A stretch of 59,385 nt of DNA, the filler included, from Dimargaris cristalligena (lineage: Eukaryota): NCBI GenBank assembly GCA_003614675.1. It is 2 parts of 2 records of this genome, joined end to end, with 100 filler letters (N's around TTAATTAATTAA, not from the genome) between each part and the next. Parts side by side here need not be neighbours in the genome. Positions count along the whole stretch, not along the records: positions 29,782 to 59,385 come from ML002479.1; 1 more part is not named here. One strand, 5' to 3'. Under the pieces are notes generated by a model that saw only the letters and a program-made list of their open reading frames with translations, made no database searches and was not told the origin of the DNA. Below are positions 47,313-59,385 of the stretch, in pieces (within the stretch, counting starts at the first letter, position 1; each line of letters starts with the position of its first letter). The position numbers were made by a program, and so were the translations under genes.

Positions 47313-49478
47313 ATGAAATTCATTGGTACGTGGCCCACGAATATCCCGGCGTTATTCCGAATCCCCTGGACTGCTTTACCCATGCTAACACTAAAGTCCG
47401 CAACTCTACCCCCTCGGCATTTCCCCTCCCTTCCCCGGCCTGGGCCACCCGTAGACATTGGCGCCAACCTTACCGATCCCGTGTTCCGCGGTCTCTATCG
47501 CGGCAAGCGGTCCCACCCCGGTAAGCCAAACCGACTCTTCTCCCCCTGACCATTAGAGACACTTCGACTCCCTCGGTTATTGGTATTCTGCCTTTAGAAT
47601 TATGGAGGCCTAATAATTGTCAGCACCTATCCTCCTAACCCCATCCAGACGACTTTGATCATGTCCTCGCTCGGGCCCAACAAGCTGGCGTTGATAAAAT
47701 TATTGTGACCGGTGGTTCACTCTCCGAAAGTCGCGAGGCTCTCGATTTAGCCAAAAATCACGGTAAGCGCCCCCCCTCCCTTTTCATCTGCGTCAGACCC
47801 AACCCCCCGCAGTGCGTCATACTTTCCGCCTCTCCTGCTCACCCCTCTATACTATATGATTTGGTTCCATTTTTAGACAGTCTCTTTTCGACGGTGGGCT
47901 GCCACCCTACTCGCTGCTCGGAATTTGAACAAAAGGGTGATCCCGAACGCTACTTCGCCGATTTACAGGACGTAATCCAATCCGATCAAGGGAACAATGT
48001 GGTGGCCATTGGCGAGTGTGGACTTGGTAAGTGAAGGGTTGATCTTTCTACCATGCATCGGTCCCATCAAGCGGACGTCTAATATATCTGCCATTGTATT
48101 ATTTAGACGTCATTTTATGAACCTCTCGAGTCTTTTATGGAGCAACCACTCCTCCATCGCTCCGTCATTTCACTGCATTTGGCTGGGAAGCAACCCCTAG
48201 TGCACTAATTAACTGGGCCATTACTACAATTACTTTGCGCATCAACCATATGTATAGACTATGACCGCCTGCAGTTTTGTCCCAAGGATATCCAACTCAA
48301 GTAAGTGTCAGCTGAATAGTATCACTTTTAATTTCTAGTAACTTAGGCCGTGAGTGATATATACTATCTATCACTATTTTCCCACTCTTGCCCCTCGCAT
48401 TTCCAAACCTAATCAAATAACCCCATTTCACCTGCCTACCTTTCATTTCCTCCACTATAGATATTTCGAAAAACAAATCGCCCTGGCCGAATCAACTGGC
48501 TTACCAATGTTTCTACACAATCGAAACACCGGGTCTGATTTTATCAATATCCTCATTTTTGCCATATCCTGAACATCCGGGCTATGTTCCCCCTCCTAGA
48601 AAACCCCATCAATTTCTGCCTTCAACCTACTAATCTATCCCATCCGCCACTCCAAGTGTAGCCTTAACTCCATCCCATGCAATCCCGGCGAATCGGGTGT
48701 ATTGTATTATGTATTTTTGTATTTGCATAATATCCTCTCCCTCTCCGCCCGTTCCCCCTTTGATCCAATGTTTTTAACCAACACATATTATGCGTCAGCA
48801 CCGGCACCGAGTCAGCCAAGGTGTGGTGCACAGTTTTACCGGGCCTATGGACGAATTGAAGGAGCTCTTGACCCTGGATTTATACATCGGAATCAACGGC
48901 TGTTCCCTGAAAACCCAAGAGAATATTGATGCCATGCTGGCAATTCCGGAGGACCGACTATTGATTGAAACGGGTAAGTTATTACTTTGTTTTTCCGATT
49001 ACCCGGGTTTCCTACAGCGTGCCTGTTTTCTGAAATGTGGAGGCTCCTTTTGTCTTTAATACAAAATTACACCGTCCAAGACTGTAGATGAACAACCGCC
49101 GCGTTTTGACACTATACCTACTAGTATGTCTGATCTAATCGCCCCATCCCGTGCACGTATACTTATTTTTCACCATGCTTTGCTACCCTTTTTTTTTACC
49201 CGATCCTAGACGCCCCCTGGTGCGATATTCGACCTACTCATGCCAGCCACGCTCACCTGACGAAATCCGATGGCTCGGGAGAGTGGACCCGCATCACCTT
49301 TGAGAGTAAGAAAAAGGAACGTTTTGTGGAGGGTCAAATGGTAAAAGGTCGAAACGAACCCTGCACCATTCAGGATGTGATGCAGGTAGTGGCTTCGGCG
49401 AGAGGTGCTGACCCCGTTCGGCTGGCCCAGGTTATTATTGATAATACCAATAGGGTATTTTTCCCATCTAAGGCCTAG
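47313..49478 (+). CDS. TATDN1: TatD-family nuclease (TATDN1-like), 8 exons including one AT-AC intron
   Basis: MKFIDIGANLTD, TVGCHPT, AIGECGLDYDR, LPMFLHNR, GVVHSFTG, IGINGCSLKT, ETDAPWC and KGRNEP. An in-frame upstream ATG exists at 47277. Confidence 0.93.
48547..48784 (+). other. U12-type (minor spliceosome) AT-AC intron
   Basis: 5' ATATCCTC, branch-like TTTTTAAC (48771-48778) and 3' AC. Removal gives DFINIMRQHRHRVSQGVVHSFTG. Confidence 0.88.
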
Positions 49479-49935
49479 CCAATGCCTCCGCGTGGCATGG
49501 TGACTTCCACCTATAGAATTCTTTCCAAAAATTACTTTCTAGATTAGGATAAGTGACAGCGTGGATAAGGGTGATGTGCTTGTTTGTTTTCGCTTTTCTT
49601 GAATCGGAGTCTGAATGATACTTACTATTGATCTACATAGTATATAGTATATTAACTTGTTTGGCGCTTGTATGGGGGTGCTGCAGGGTAAATCCGAAGC
49701 GTGCTTTCCAATACATTGATCCGCCATAAATACTGGTTTAACGTTTAATAATTATCGTGAGATGGGTCAAATTAATAAAATACTTAAATGTGCCAGTTAT
49801 GGCATTTACAATGCACTATGCGAAGAAGAGACCAAACGAAGGAGATGGATATGAGAACCAGACTCTACAGTGGCCTTAAGCAAGACAACAAAGCCCCACT
49901 ATTCGAGATGTAATAGTTTCGGGTGCCTACTCGAC

Positions 49936-52056
49936 CTAGAAAAAGCCTCGAATAAATGGTTTCACCATGCGAACCCAAGTGGGCACTCGGCGCCCCACCT
50001 GAGTAAAGATATCACCGGTGACTGTGTTTGTGTATCTACGTAGATCCATCATTTCCTGAACAAATGTGATAACGCCATTACAAAAAATAAATCGAAAACA
50101 GGTTTAAGTCGGTCATTCAGAGTTCCAATGTATAAAGGGTGACGAATATGCCAGTTTGGGTTGAGCCGGTTAATGTAGTGTTGGATTCACTAACAAGTTC
50201 AGTAATGGGATGTGTCGCTTAACTGACTTACCGTATGAAGGGCTTGGCGGAGCTTTTGGTTAGTGGTAAACAGGGTGACTTGGGCCTCGAGATCTCTTTC
50301 CAGAGACCGATACCCGTAATTAGATGAACCAAGCACAGTAATCGACGGCGTTGTTTCTTTGCCAAGGTAGAACCACAGGCCTATATACAGGGAAAAGTAG
50401 GAGTATTCGTGGTTGGACAAAATTGTTATAAACATGCATTATTTAATAAAGTAGAAACATATACACGGAATAGGGTTTTGTTTTTTACACGTATCGGCCC
50501 TCAGCCTGCTATTCGGTGAAATTAGAAAAAAAGGATAGCATCCATTAATCTTACCTTTGCCGTGAAATGTCCAGCCGGGGCGGTGGTATTCCTGAATGGT
50601 AATCCGCTTGTTTGGTTGCATTTGCATGGCCCGCTGGGCCCGGCGGTAGAAATCATATTCGAAATCCGAGTAAGCGACGGGAACATATTTAGAGATCCCA
50701 CGAGCGTTAAAGAATCCATTGGCCTGATATATAGTGTTTACAAAAAAATGAATAATTGCGTGGTGGGGTGAGTTAAGTAGAGCAGGGTGAAAGATTGGTG
50801 TGGAGGGGACGGGGGAGGGACATGGTTAAAAATTCGCCACCTTCTCCACTGCGTATTTAGGGAAGGAAGGGGAGGTGAAAGTGTGTGCCGGTGGCTGGAA
50901 GAAGTAGAGTTCGCCGGAATAATAGTCGAATGCCAAGCCATGCTGGATCACATTACTCTAAACAAGTTACCTCGGGTGCAGCGATGATAAGGTTGAATTC
51001 GGCCCGACTGTCTAAAATTAGGCGCTGAATGGGCTCAGCGAAATTAAAGTAGGCCGAGGTAAACTGGGCGCTCACTCCCGCCGGATCGGTCCGGGCCTGC
51101 TGGTCGAGTCGACGCAACAGGTGCTGGAAATACTGTTCATCCTGCCTTAGTCCCAACTGGGCCATCTGAATAGAAGGAATCACCCATGAATCGGTAGGGG
51201 TCGTAAAATTCGATGGTGGGGCCGCTGTCCGATCCGTTGGGCTTGAGTGTCCGTTGCGCTGAACCCATTCAGCTAACCAATGCTGTACTTTACGCCCGGC
51301 GTATTCCCGGAACTGGTCGGGTCGTTGGACGGGATCGGGACCTTCGTCGGTCACTAAGCGATATTTCGAGCTGCTCTGGTCCCCCGCACTCGGAACCACG
51401 CCGCGGCCCACCACCGGCGGGGTTCCCTCCAACCGGTACGAAAACCGGCGAATGACGTCGAGAAGTTGGGTGAAATACCGGGCTAGTTGCGGTTCCTCCC
51501 GGAAAACCACGTAGCGATCCTGCCGCTGGGTAAAATAATCCACGCTCAGATTCGCCCCACTCACAATCGTGGTGGAACCGTCAAAGACGTAGGCCTTAAT
51601 ATGCATCAGACCAAGGGTTTCATTGTACCGTTCCGGATAGACGCGCTGGCGCCAACCCGCCAACTGGGGGGTGTGGTAGAGTGCGACATGGACGCGCTGG
51701 GGGTAGCGTTGGACCAACGGAACAAACAAATCCGCAGGACTGTTTCCGCGGTGCCGCTGACGGGTGCCCCGCAGCCCATCGAACAGAATCCGGACTTCGA
51801 GTTGGGCATTGCGGGCTAGGGCATCATCGAGAGCCTGCAGGAGCTCGGTCTCGGCATGGCCAATGTAGAGGGTGGAGAGGTGGATACTTCGTTTGGCATT
51901 ACGGATCTCGTGCAGGAGAGTCTGGTAGAATTCGGTCGGTTCACTGAGTACGGTGGCTCGCTGGCCGTTAATGGGGATAATGGGTACGTCCGGGTGGGCG
52001 AAATCCCGAAACTGCTGCTCCAGGGCTTCGGGAGTGGATGCGGAGGATGCGGACAT
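49936..52056 (-). CDS. PGS1: CDP-DAG:glycerol-3-phosphate phosphatidyltransferase (PLD family), 4 exons
   Basis: LSTLYIG, DGLRGTR, HIKAYVFD, SGANLSVDYFTQRQDRY, PEANGFF, WTFHGKGLW and GSSNYGYRS.ERDLE. Confidence 0.95.
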
Positions 52057-52435
52057 GGGGGCGAATAACTGTTTGTTGGGAGAAGTGATTGAAGTACAAT
52101 CTAAGAATGACTAGGGGGCACCTGTAACAACATGGGCATTTTAGAAATAGGCCTGGGTTCGAGAAATATACCCTGACTGAAGCTGGATTCGCATAAGCTT
52201 CTATGAGACGGGAGCACTACACTAAATTGATGTTGTTCTCCAACCGAGCATCCTACGATATGGGCTCTTTTATAGCTCTGGCCCAGGCCTTTGGTTGAAC
52301 ATAAATTCTGGAGATTCCATTAATACAGTTTACTATTTATTTACTTCCGTTGGTAACAGACCACATTTGCTGTCATTTTTACGATCATTAGAATGAATTT
52401 AATCCGGGATTTAGGGGATCCAGCCTTATAAAAAT

Positions 52436-54155
52436 CTAAGTTTCGTACAGGCGATTAAGTCGCACCAGCTCATTCTGAATAGTAGTGGCACGCTGCATTG
52501 TTTTCTCGAGGGTCTCTCCCTCAGCGGCTACAACGGAGCCTTCGACCACGATGTGTGATGGGTCCACCAGTTCCACGACTCTGAGATTCATGTGCAGAAG
52601 CTTAAGTGAATGAAACGGTCGATTCCAAAAAAAAACAAAAAAAACAGGGGCATATATTAGACAAATAATAGTGCCTGGGTAGTGTCCGATATGGTACCAT
52701 CCCCCTTTTCGCCCTTAGGGAAACGCGCCCGTGGGATAATGTCAGTCATTTGAGTAGACAGCCGAGCATACTCAATCATAGAAATACCTCTAATTGACAT
52801 TATTAGGAAACTTACCGTATGCCTTAGGCGATAGGTGGCTAGGGGGCTTATTCCATTGACTGCTGGGATATTAAACACATTTCGAAGTGTATTGGCATGA
52901 CAAGTAAATTCGACCATCTTGACCTCGAATGGTCCTAAACCATCGGGAACCGAATCCACTTCATCATTATTAATGGTATCCGCCTGTTCATCCCGGAAGA
53001 TGGTGGCCTGGCATTGGAAGAGGGTGTAGATGCCGAAATCGAAGTCTGAGCGGAGGGGCCTTTTCGTACCCGGACTGGTGAAATGTAGCGATAGATGGGC
53101 CCCATAAGGACGGAAGTGTGGGAGTTGCAAGGTAAAGGATTCGTGCCGGGTACTAAAGGGTACGAATGTAAGCCTTTCACTATCGACGGATTGCCCTAAT
53201 TGACCAGTTTGTCTCAAAAAGGTCGTTGGTGATCCGAGTGGCAATAGTTCGCTGATAACCAAGTAGGGTTGGTTTATTGGAGGCCAGAAAAAGAATCGAT
53301 AGTGAAAGGAATTCGATTAATAGACGTGGTAGGTAATCAATGCCTTTAGGCGGAAAGCCCAAAGGTTAGCCTAGGTCTCGAATGATAGATACACATGAAT
53401 CAAATGTACTGCTCAAGTAAATAAATTGGTGGGCGGTTGTTTTATTGAATATCGATAGAACTTACTATTTGGGCATATCATCGACCGGTCCAGACTCTGT
53501 TGATTCAGCGGGCTTAGTTAAGGTTGGGTCGGGCAGATTGGCCTAAATATACAACAGCGTGTCATTAAATGTGAGTATGAATTGGGGATGTATAAGTTAG
53601 ACCAGGGTACGCTCGTTAAACTGGATCAAGGGTGGTAGCTAACTGAACGGGGGGGTTTATAATACCTACAGTTGTATTATAGCTAAGAATCACCCGTTGG
53701 TCACTTACATCAGGTACAAGGGAGCCAGTAGTAGGTGTCCCATCGAGTCCCGGTGCAGTCTCCGCTAGTACCAAGCGTAGCTGAATGTACGCCTCGGGTA
53801 TCGGCACCTTTGACGTATTCCGGACAGTAACATCCACCCGCGGCCGCCTATCCAGCATGTCCTCACGATCGGCAGCGGTCTGGTGAGGCAAGGCAGCAGA
53901 GACTTGCGCACTGATGCGGACGTTCTGCTGGAGGTAGCTTTCCATGAGGTCATTCATGGCCTGCGTCATATCCAGCGTCCGTTGCATGGACAGAGACAGG
54001 GTTTGCATGAGGGAACCTAGGGTACTTTGAACTCCGCTCAAATTGGTTTGCATGAGCTGGGCCACCTGCCCAAGGGGCGAATCGAAGGGTTCAGAAGTCT
54101 CGGCCGAGGTCGAGGCAGAGGGATGGGTGTTGGGGGACTCAGGATTGGATTCCAT
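52436..54155 (-). CDS. Uncharacterised protein, 4 exons
   Basis: Exons ~54155-53670, 53542-53466, 53252-52815 and ~52600-52436 join in frame at GT-AG sites; no family recognised. Confidence 0.65.
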
Positions 54156-54774
54156 GGCAACTGGATGGGGAGGGGGCACAGGCGTTTGGATAAGGCTCGA
54201 TGGAATTTACACAAAAAAGGAAACGCTGCGATAGAAGAGGTAGGTGAGGGATGGGGTTTTCTCAAACTTCGAAATTAGGGATACAATAATTAACAAGGGG
54301 GGGGGCTTTGGTCGGGCAGGTGGTATGAATAATACTTGTGGTGAGGGCAAGGGGAACGAGATGTACTTAAGCTGGCCCATACTCTGGGGGCTGGTGGGCC
54401 TAATAATTGCCGGGGATAGCAAATAAGGCTCTGGCTTGGGTTTGGTCAAGCTTAGTTGGGCAGGAGGAACAGGCCCCATTCCCTTAGAATCCATTGTCCA
54501 GGAACCCTGTTTGATTACCCAAAAAGATAAGCATATTCTTCAATTCGAAAGCCCTGCAGCATACTAAATAAAACATGAACAAACTGGATATAGTCTATTT
54601 CGGTATTGGGATATCCCCGTTGAAATATACATATAGATGAAATTCAAACTAGCTGTATAAAGGTATACATAATATGTGTATGGGATAATATGCGAGATAA
54701 AATATTTTAACCAATAACCTTGACCACATCTAATGGATTTTTCGTTATATAGCCTGCATAAAATTCTACTATAT

Positions 54775-55273
54775 ATCATAGTGTGCATCAGTGGAACTTA
54801 TGCTGAAGAGAGGGGCGATGATGCCTCCATAGGTTCACTAAATGGGGGGCTGCTGCTACAATCCACTACTTGGAAACTCAAACAAATGTATTTACTTGAG
54901 TGGAGGTCGATTGACCGAAAAATTAAGAGAAACACCTACCTCCATCTAGGGGACTTTTCGGTGGGCTATCACTAGACGATTTCACAGTATCAAAAAAGCC
55001 AAGGGCGGGATAAGGAAGAGCATTCCATTCATTAGAGTCAGTGCTATACGACAACGGGCTGGTGGTTCCATGCTTACCGGGCCTCTAGACAGGCGTAGTC
55101 AGATCTGGGCTTTTACTTTAGGGTTTCGGCATTTATCACCCCATTGTTACTGAGCAATTGTAACTACCGGCAAGGGATACCATTTTACCCTGTACCATTA
55201 GACCCATTCCATCCCAACATGCCACTTCAGCTGTCGAGAAAATGTGAATTTTATTGAAATGGCGGGGACCGCC
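54775..55273 (-). repeat. Dispersed repeat, copy B
   Basis: Reverse complement of 36195-36690. Confidence 0.93.
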
Positions 55274-55421
55274 CAATATGCAGAATGGCTAAGACGGACA
55301 GTGGGCCTCACACGGCAGTCCCGAATTTAAAAAATGAATGCTCGTGCAATCACCCGTCGCACCGTGCTCTGTAAAAAAGATATGGCCGGAGGTGAAGTCG
55401 TTGATGCAGTGGATACTAGCT

Positions 55422-55670
55422 TCAGCCTAATAACTTACCGGCCAAGGCTGCGGTAGCAGCGCCGGCCATTGCGGTGCCGACTTCGGAGTTGGCAGCACGC
55501 TTTATACTACTTCCAGCTCGCTTTAATGCAGCACTGGCCTTACCGGCAATACCAGAACTGCCCTTCCCACCACCGGGTTTGGGTCTAGCGGCTTCGGCAG
55601 TAGGCACGGCAACCAAGAAAATGATAGCAGCCAAGGTCATTAGAGCAGAGGGAATGGATATGGGACGCAT
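55422..55670 (-). CDS. Small secreted cationic Gly/Ala/Lys-rich peptide precursor (82 aa)
   Basis: Signal-peptide-like MRPISIPSALMTLAAIIFLVAVPTAEA, two KR sites and a C-terminal Gly; TATAAAA about 230 nt upstream. Confidence 0.7.
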   Translation of the reverse strand: MRPISIPSALMTLAAIIFLVAVPTAEAARPKPGGGKGSSGIAGKASAALKRAGSSIKRAANSEVGTAMAGAATAALAGKLLG

Positions 55671-56479
55671 TTTGGCCTGGGTACAGTAATAGCGACAGTA
55701 TTTTTTTAAAATGAAAAAAAACGGCGAAGAAAAGTACAGTTTTTGGAGGCTGGAAAAACAAGCAGGTCATAAAATGGTTGTTACAGTATTTTCTATACGG
55801 TGTAAAGCAATAGAGGATGCGAAAACTAGGGGGGTTGTAAAAATGGAGAGGATGCAAGTAATGTTAATGATGAGATTGGGACGTTCCCTCAGCCAGGTTT
55901 TATATGCCCCACGGTACGACCACATAAGATGCTCGGCCGGGAGGACTTGGCCGCCGCAATAGTTGCTGGCGGTCTCACTCGTCCCCCCACACCCACACCC
56001 ACGCACACATATATCTTCACCCCTTGTATCTAATTCTCTAGACCCCTGCAAAGCACCGGTCGAGTTCACCTTCAATCCCTCGATCCCCCGATTTACAATG
56101 TAGTATACATGAAACATTATCTTGGGTACGGGGGAAAGTGTTCAGAGTGTCCGCTGTTGAAATAAAGTGGGGTTTAAATTAAAATTAAACAATGCGAGTG
56201 GTCGATCGTGGCTTAGTAGTCTCCTATCCAGCCATCTTTCATCCAACAAAACGGAGTTGGTTGGTCATTTACCAGGGTGTGCCGCCCGTTGGCCCTTTGC
56301 TTCACTTATACGGGCTAAAAATACCACAATTCGTTCTCCCGTTAGTACATAGCTAACAGGACTTGGGGGATCCACAATGAAAATCAAATTAATTGGCGAA
56401 GCCCGCTAAAATACATAGACCGACGTGATTGCCACTCTCCTTGTCCAATACCCAGATTAAAATTATATTCCCCACGGTG

Positions 56480-59385
56480 CTATTTTTTTGTAGAATCAAC
56501 CATCCCAGCATCCTCTGAAAATTTATTACCTGACTCCCCAATGTTGCTTAGAGTAGGGGCAGTAGAGAAAAAAATGTCAATTTCTATCACCTAAATTATG
56601 AAAATGCCACCTAATGGTTTAATAAATAGAGCCAGCCACCCCTACCAATGTTGCCCTGATACCCTGTCCTACAAGTAATGCTAAGATACTAGCTGTCACC
56701 CAGGTTAACCACTCTTAGTCCATCAAGAGTCCTGAGAATAGGCTTCTAATGGTAGGCAGGGCTTAGGCTTAGCCAAGCAGGTCCTAGCATTAGGTTGGGG
56801 GCATGGTACTAACTAATAATGGTTACTAAATGCAGGTATATCTAAGGGACGTGCAGAGTATACACTTACTAGTCAAATACAAGGGGGTGAGTGTATATAT
56901 GGTTTATTAAGATAAACTAGGGGGTAAGAATAAGCTAAGGAATTGAACCAGTCTCAGTTGGGCCTAGTTATATATACACAGGGATGACTCTAGAGGGAAG
57001 TCCCAAGAGAAGGATACTACTAAGACTAGGATAAGGTAAATAAGCCAATTAGACAGCCATGAGGACTTGGAAGGCTCTGCTGGTAGCTGGAAGAATCTTC
57101 AGATCAACACTGGAGTGATTAGTGCAAACTAAGGAGTCCAGTAGGGGAACAGTTATATGGTATAGGGTGATCCTATAGTACTGGGGGTGACCATGAGAAG
57201 GTTAATATGACACTATAAGGCCTAATAGGGATGGATAATTGTTATGTCCAGATTAAGTTAGATTAGAAGGTCTGACACTCATCTAATACATTTTTAAGCT
57301 GTATTAGAAAGCACTTGAGTTTACCCATCAAATTTATCATTCCAATAACCTCTCCATTGTCTAGCCAGTAACCTTTTGGTGATTGTAAAAATCACAACTA
57401 TATATTATAAGAGGGAGTGTAAAATGGCCACTACTCCTAAGTAGGATTTGGTAGAGTAGTGAGAAGTAAGTAATAAATGTGGGTTTAATAATATATATTA
57501 CTGAGTGGGCTAATTTTGGGGAGGTTAACTAAATTATTATATTTAGCCAATTGAAAGGGTTAAGCAAGATCCTCTGTTTTAGTGCAGCCAGGAACCCTGT
57601 TTTTTTTTTCCCCAGAAAATGAGTAGTATACTACTAGCTCACCCTGTAATCAAAAAGTGGCCCATCTGGCTGGGATATCACTCCCTCATATAACCCATTA
57701 TGGCAAGGTGAAGTATCCCCTTGATTACCACAGGTATGAATTATTATTATTTTATTATTATATTTATATATAAGGTATGAAGTGGCTTTTTTGTCTGGTA
57801 TAACCAGTTTTTTTCCCTTCCTTTTTAACCCATTCTTTCCTTACAATTTTTCCCTTTGATTTTTTCTATATCCCTATTAGTTTAACTACCCTTTTAATAT
57901 GATTGGACATATATATTCATGCATGACTATTAGTGGCTCCTTAGTTTTATTCACATCCTTTATTTTATCAGTTCTACCCTGAGAATTCTCTTTCCCCCTA
58001 TAATTAGTTATGCAGGTTTGCTGCAGGCTTATTGGCTTCAATAATTCTCTGTATAAGACAGAATAGCTTAGCATTTTTTTTACTATAGAACCAAAAGTCT
58101 TGGTATTTTTTAGGGGATATTATGCACTATCAATGCAGGTGATTGGTTTATGTATATAGTTGATTGGTACACTCATGCAAGTGATTGGTACATGCATTAG
58201 TATGCATTCTCATATATAAGGGAAACTTTTTTCCCTCTATTTTTCTGTATGTCAATTTCTTTATGTTAATTTTCTTCTACTTTTTTTTTTCTTTACAATA
58301 AAACTACCTTTACTATTACATTAGATTACTTGGATTTATATACCTTTGAAAGTTGTGGTTGCTAATAAAATGGTCCTTTTGAGCTTCCAAACTGGTATTA
58401 TTATTACTTGGTTTAAACTGGGTTTTTTATTATAATGTATTTTATATTGAATTTTCATTAGAGTGACTAACCAGTTCACCTGGAGAGGCCACCCTGCCCT
58501 TTTGATAATATTGTGTTATTCATTTTAGTGGCTTTACTACCACACTCTGACACTATCCTCCTGGGAGACCCTACCAAGCAAAGTGTGAATGATAACCAAT
58601 TGCACCAAGTCTGAGAAATAGAAAGAAGAGTATAAATCCCACTCTATGCTCCTGAATTTGGACTCCTGTTATATCTTAATAAAATCATAATTATATTCAT
58701 AAGCTTTAGTCATTTTATTATTCCCCCCTAGGATCCCAAAATATAGGTAATACTCTGGCCCCCCTTGACTGATTGTTACAACCCTTCTCATGGTAATAGT
58801 GAGTATAATGATGGGCAACTATTCAGCCCTAGCCAGTGCTAGAAGGACTTCTTCACTATGCCTTCACTGCAGATCTGATGATAATCTTGGTGCTCCACTC
58901 AAGCATGTTGGATATCAATTAGTGACAAATGGTACAACTGTTACTAAACCAAGACATTCCTTTGGTATTATCTCCATGGAGAAATGTTCACTCATGTTTT
59001 GGATCTGATTTTTCCCTGACTTTTCTCTATAGAGTATATCCCAAAATGCCCACACATGTACACCCCCCAATTAGCACCCACACATAGCTGTCCATTTTCT
59101 CCCACACTATTTCTCCCTTATATCACTTAATGATAATTCTTGGTTAAGATCTCACTGATCTAAATTTCTATAAAAACTAAATGTGGGGTATCTGGAGTGG
59201 GGTTGGTATTGTCTACTGTGGTGGCAGGTGGTAATATAAAACTACTTTTAAAGTCCAAATATCAAAAGGCAATATCTCTACATATTTTGGTTATAAAGTA
59301 AATTGTAGTGGTAGGTGTAAAGAACTGAACTCAAATCCTTGAAAACTGAACTTTATTTGAAAAGATAGATAATAAAAGGGAAAGG
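56480..59385. mobile_element. Degenerate CpG-depleted repeat/transposon-relic region
   Basis: No long ORFs, AT-rich, and only one CpG seen (56850) while GpC is common. Element family not identifiable. Confidence 0.6.

Noticed and set aside
52150-52215. TPP-riboswitch-like GAGAAATATACCC
   Set aside because: Lacks CUGAGA and the CUGAU/UAAU core, and lies antisense to a non-thiamine gene.
54498-57602. Shared 15-mer CCAGGAACCCTGTTT at ~54498 and ~57588 as a hAT-like terminus
   Set aside because: Both copies are in the same orientation; no opposing TIR, TSD or transposase was found.

Overview
Gene-dense eukaryotic DNA, most consistent with an early-diverging fungus: short GT-AG introns, GC-rich exons, (TA)n tracts, and fungal genes such as RTT109. 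A Zoopagomycota/Mucoromycota origin is my inference only. Housekeeping genes include RGP1, a NAPE-PLD/FMP30-like hydrolase, POLD3/Cdc27, an UNC-93-like MFS protein, a FYVE protein, RTT109, an SLC25 carrier, GCV1/AMT, VPS23, CDC20, HAT1, signal peptide peptidase, TatD and PGS1. There is also one uncharacterised multi-exon gene and two putative secreted orphans. Main points of interest: (1) an apparently intact Ty3/Gypsy LTR retrotransposon (29782-36194, - strand) whose single gag-pol ORF carries a complete dUTPase between RNase H and integrase, plus a probable second, degenerate dUTPase-like fold between protease and RT; (2) a U12-type AT-AC minor-spliceosome intron in the TatD gene (48547-48784); (3) an Rtt109 whose autoacetylated Lys (DDPK) is replaced by Gln; (4) a one-base frameshift in RGP1; (5) CpG erasure in repeat DNA, including a ~2.9 kb terminal block with one CpG; (6) a small cationic secreted peptide precursor with Kex2-type sites; (7) a ~490 bp inverted dispersed duplication starting exactly at the LTR edge. 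All gene models were spliced by eye and no database searches were run.
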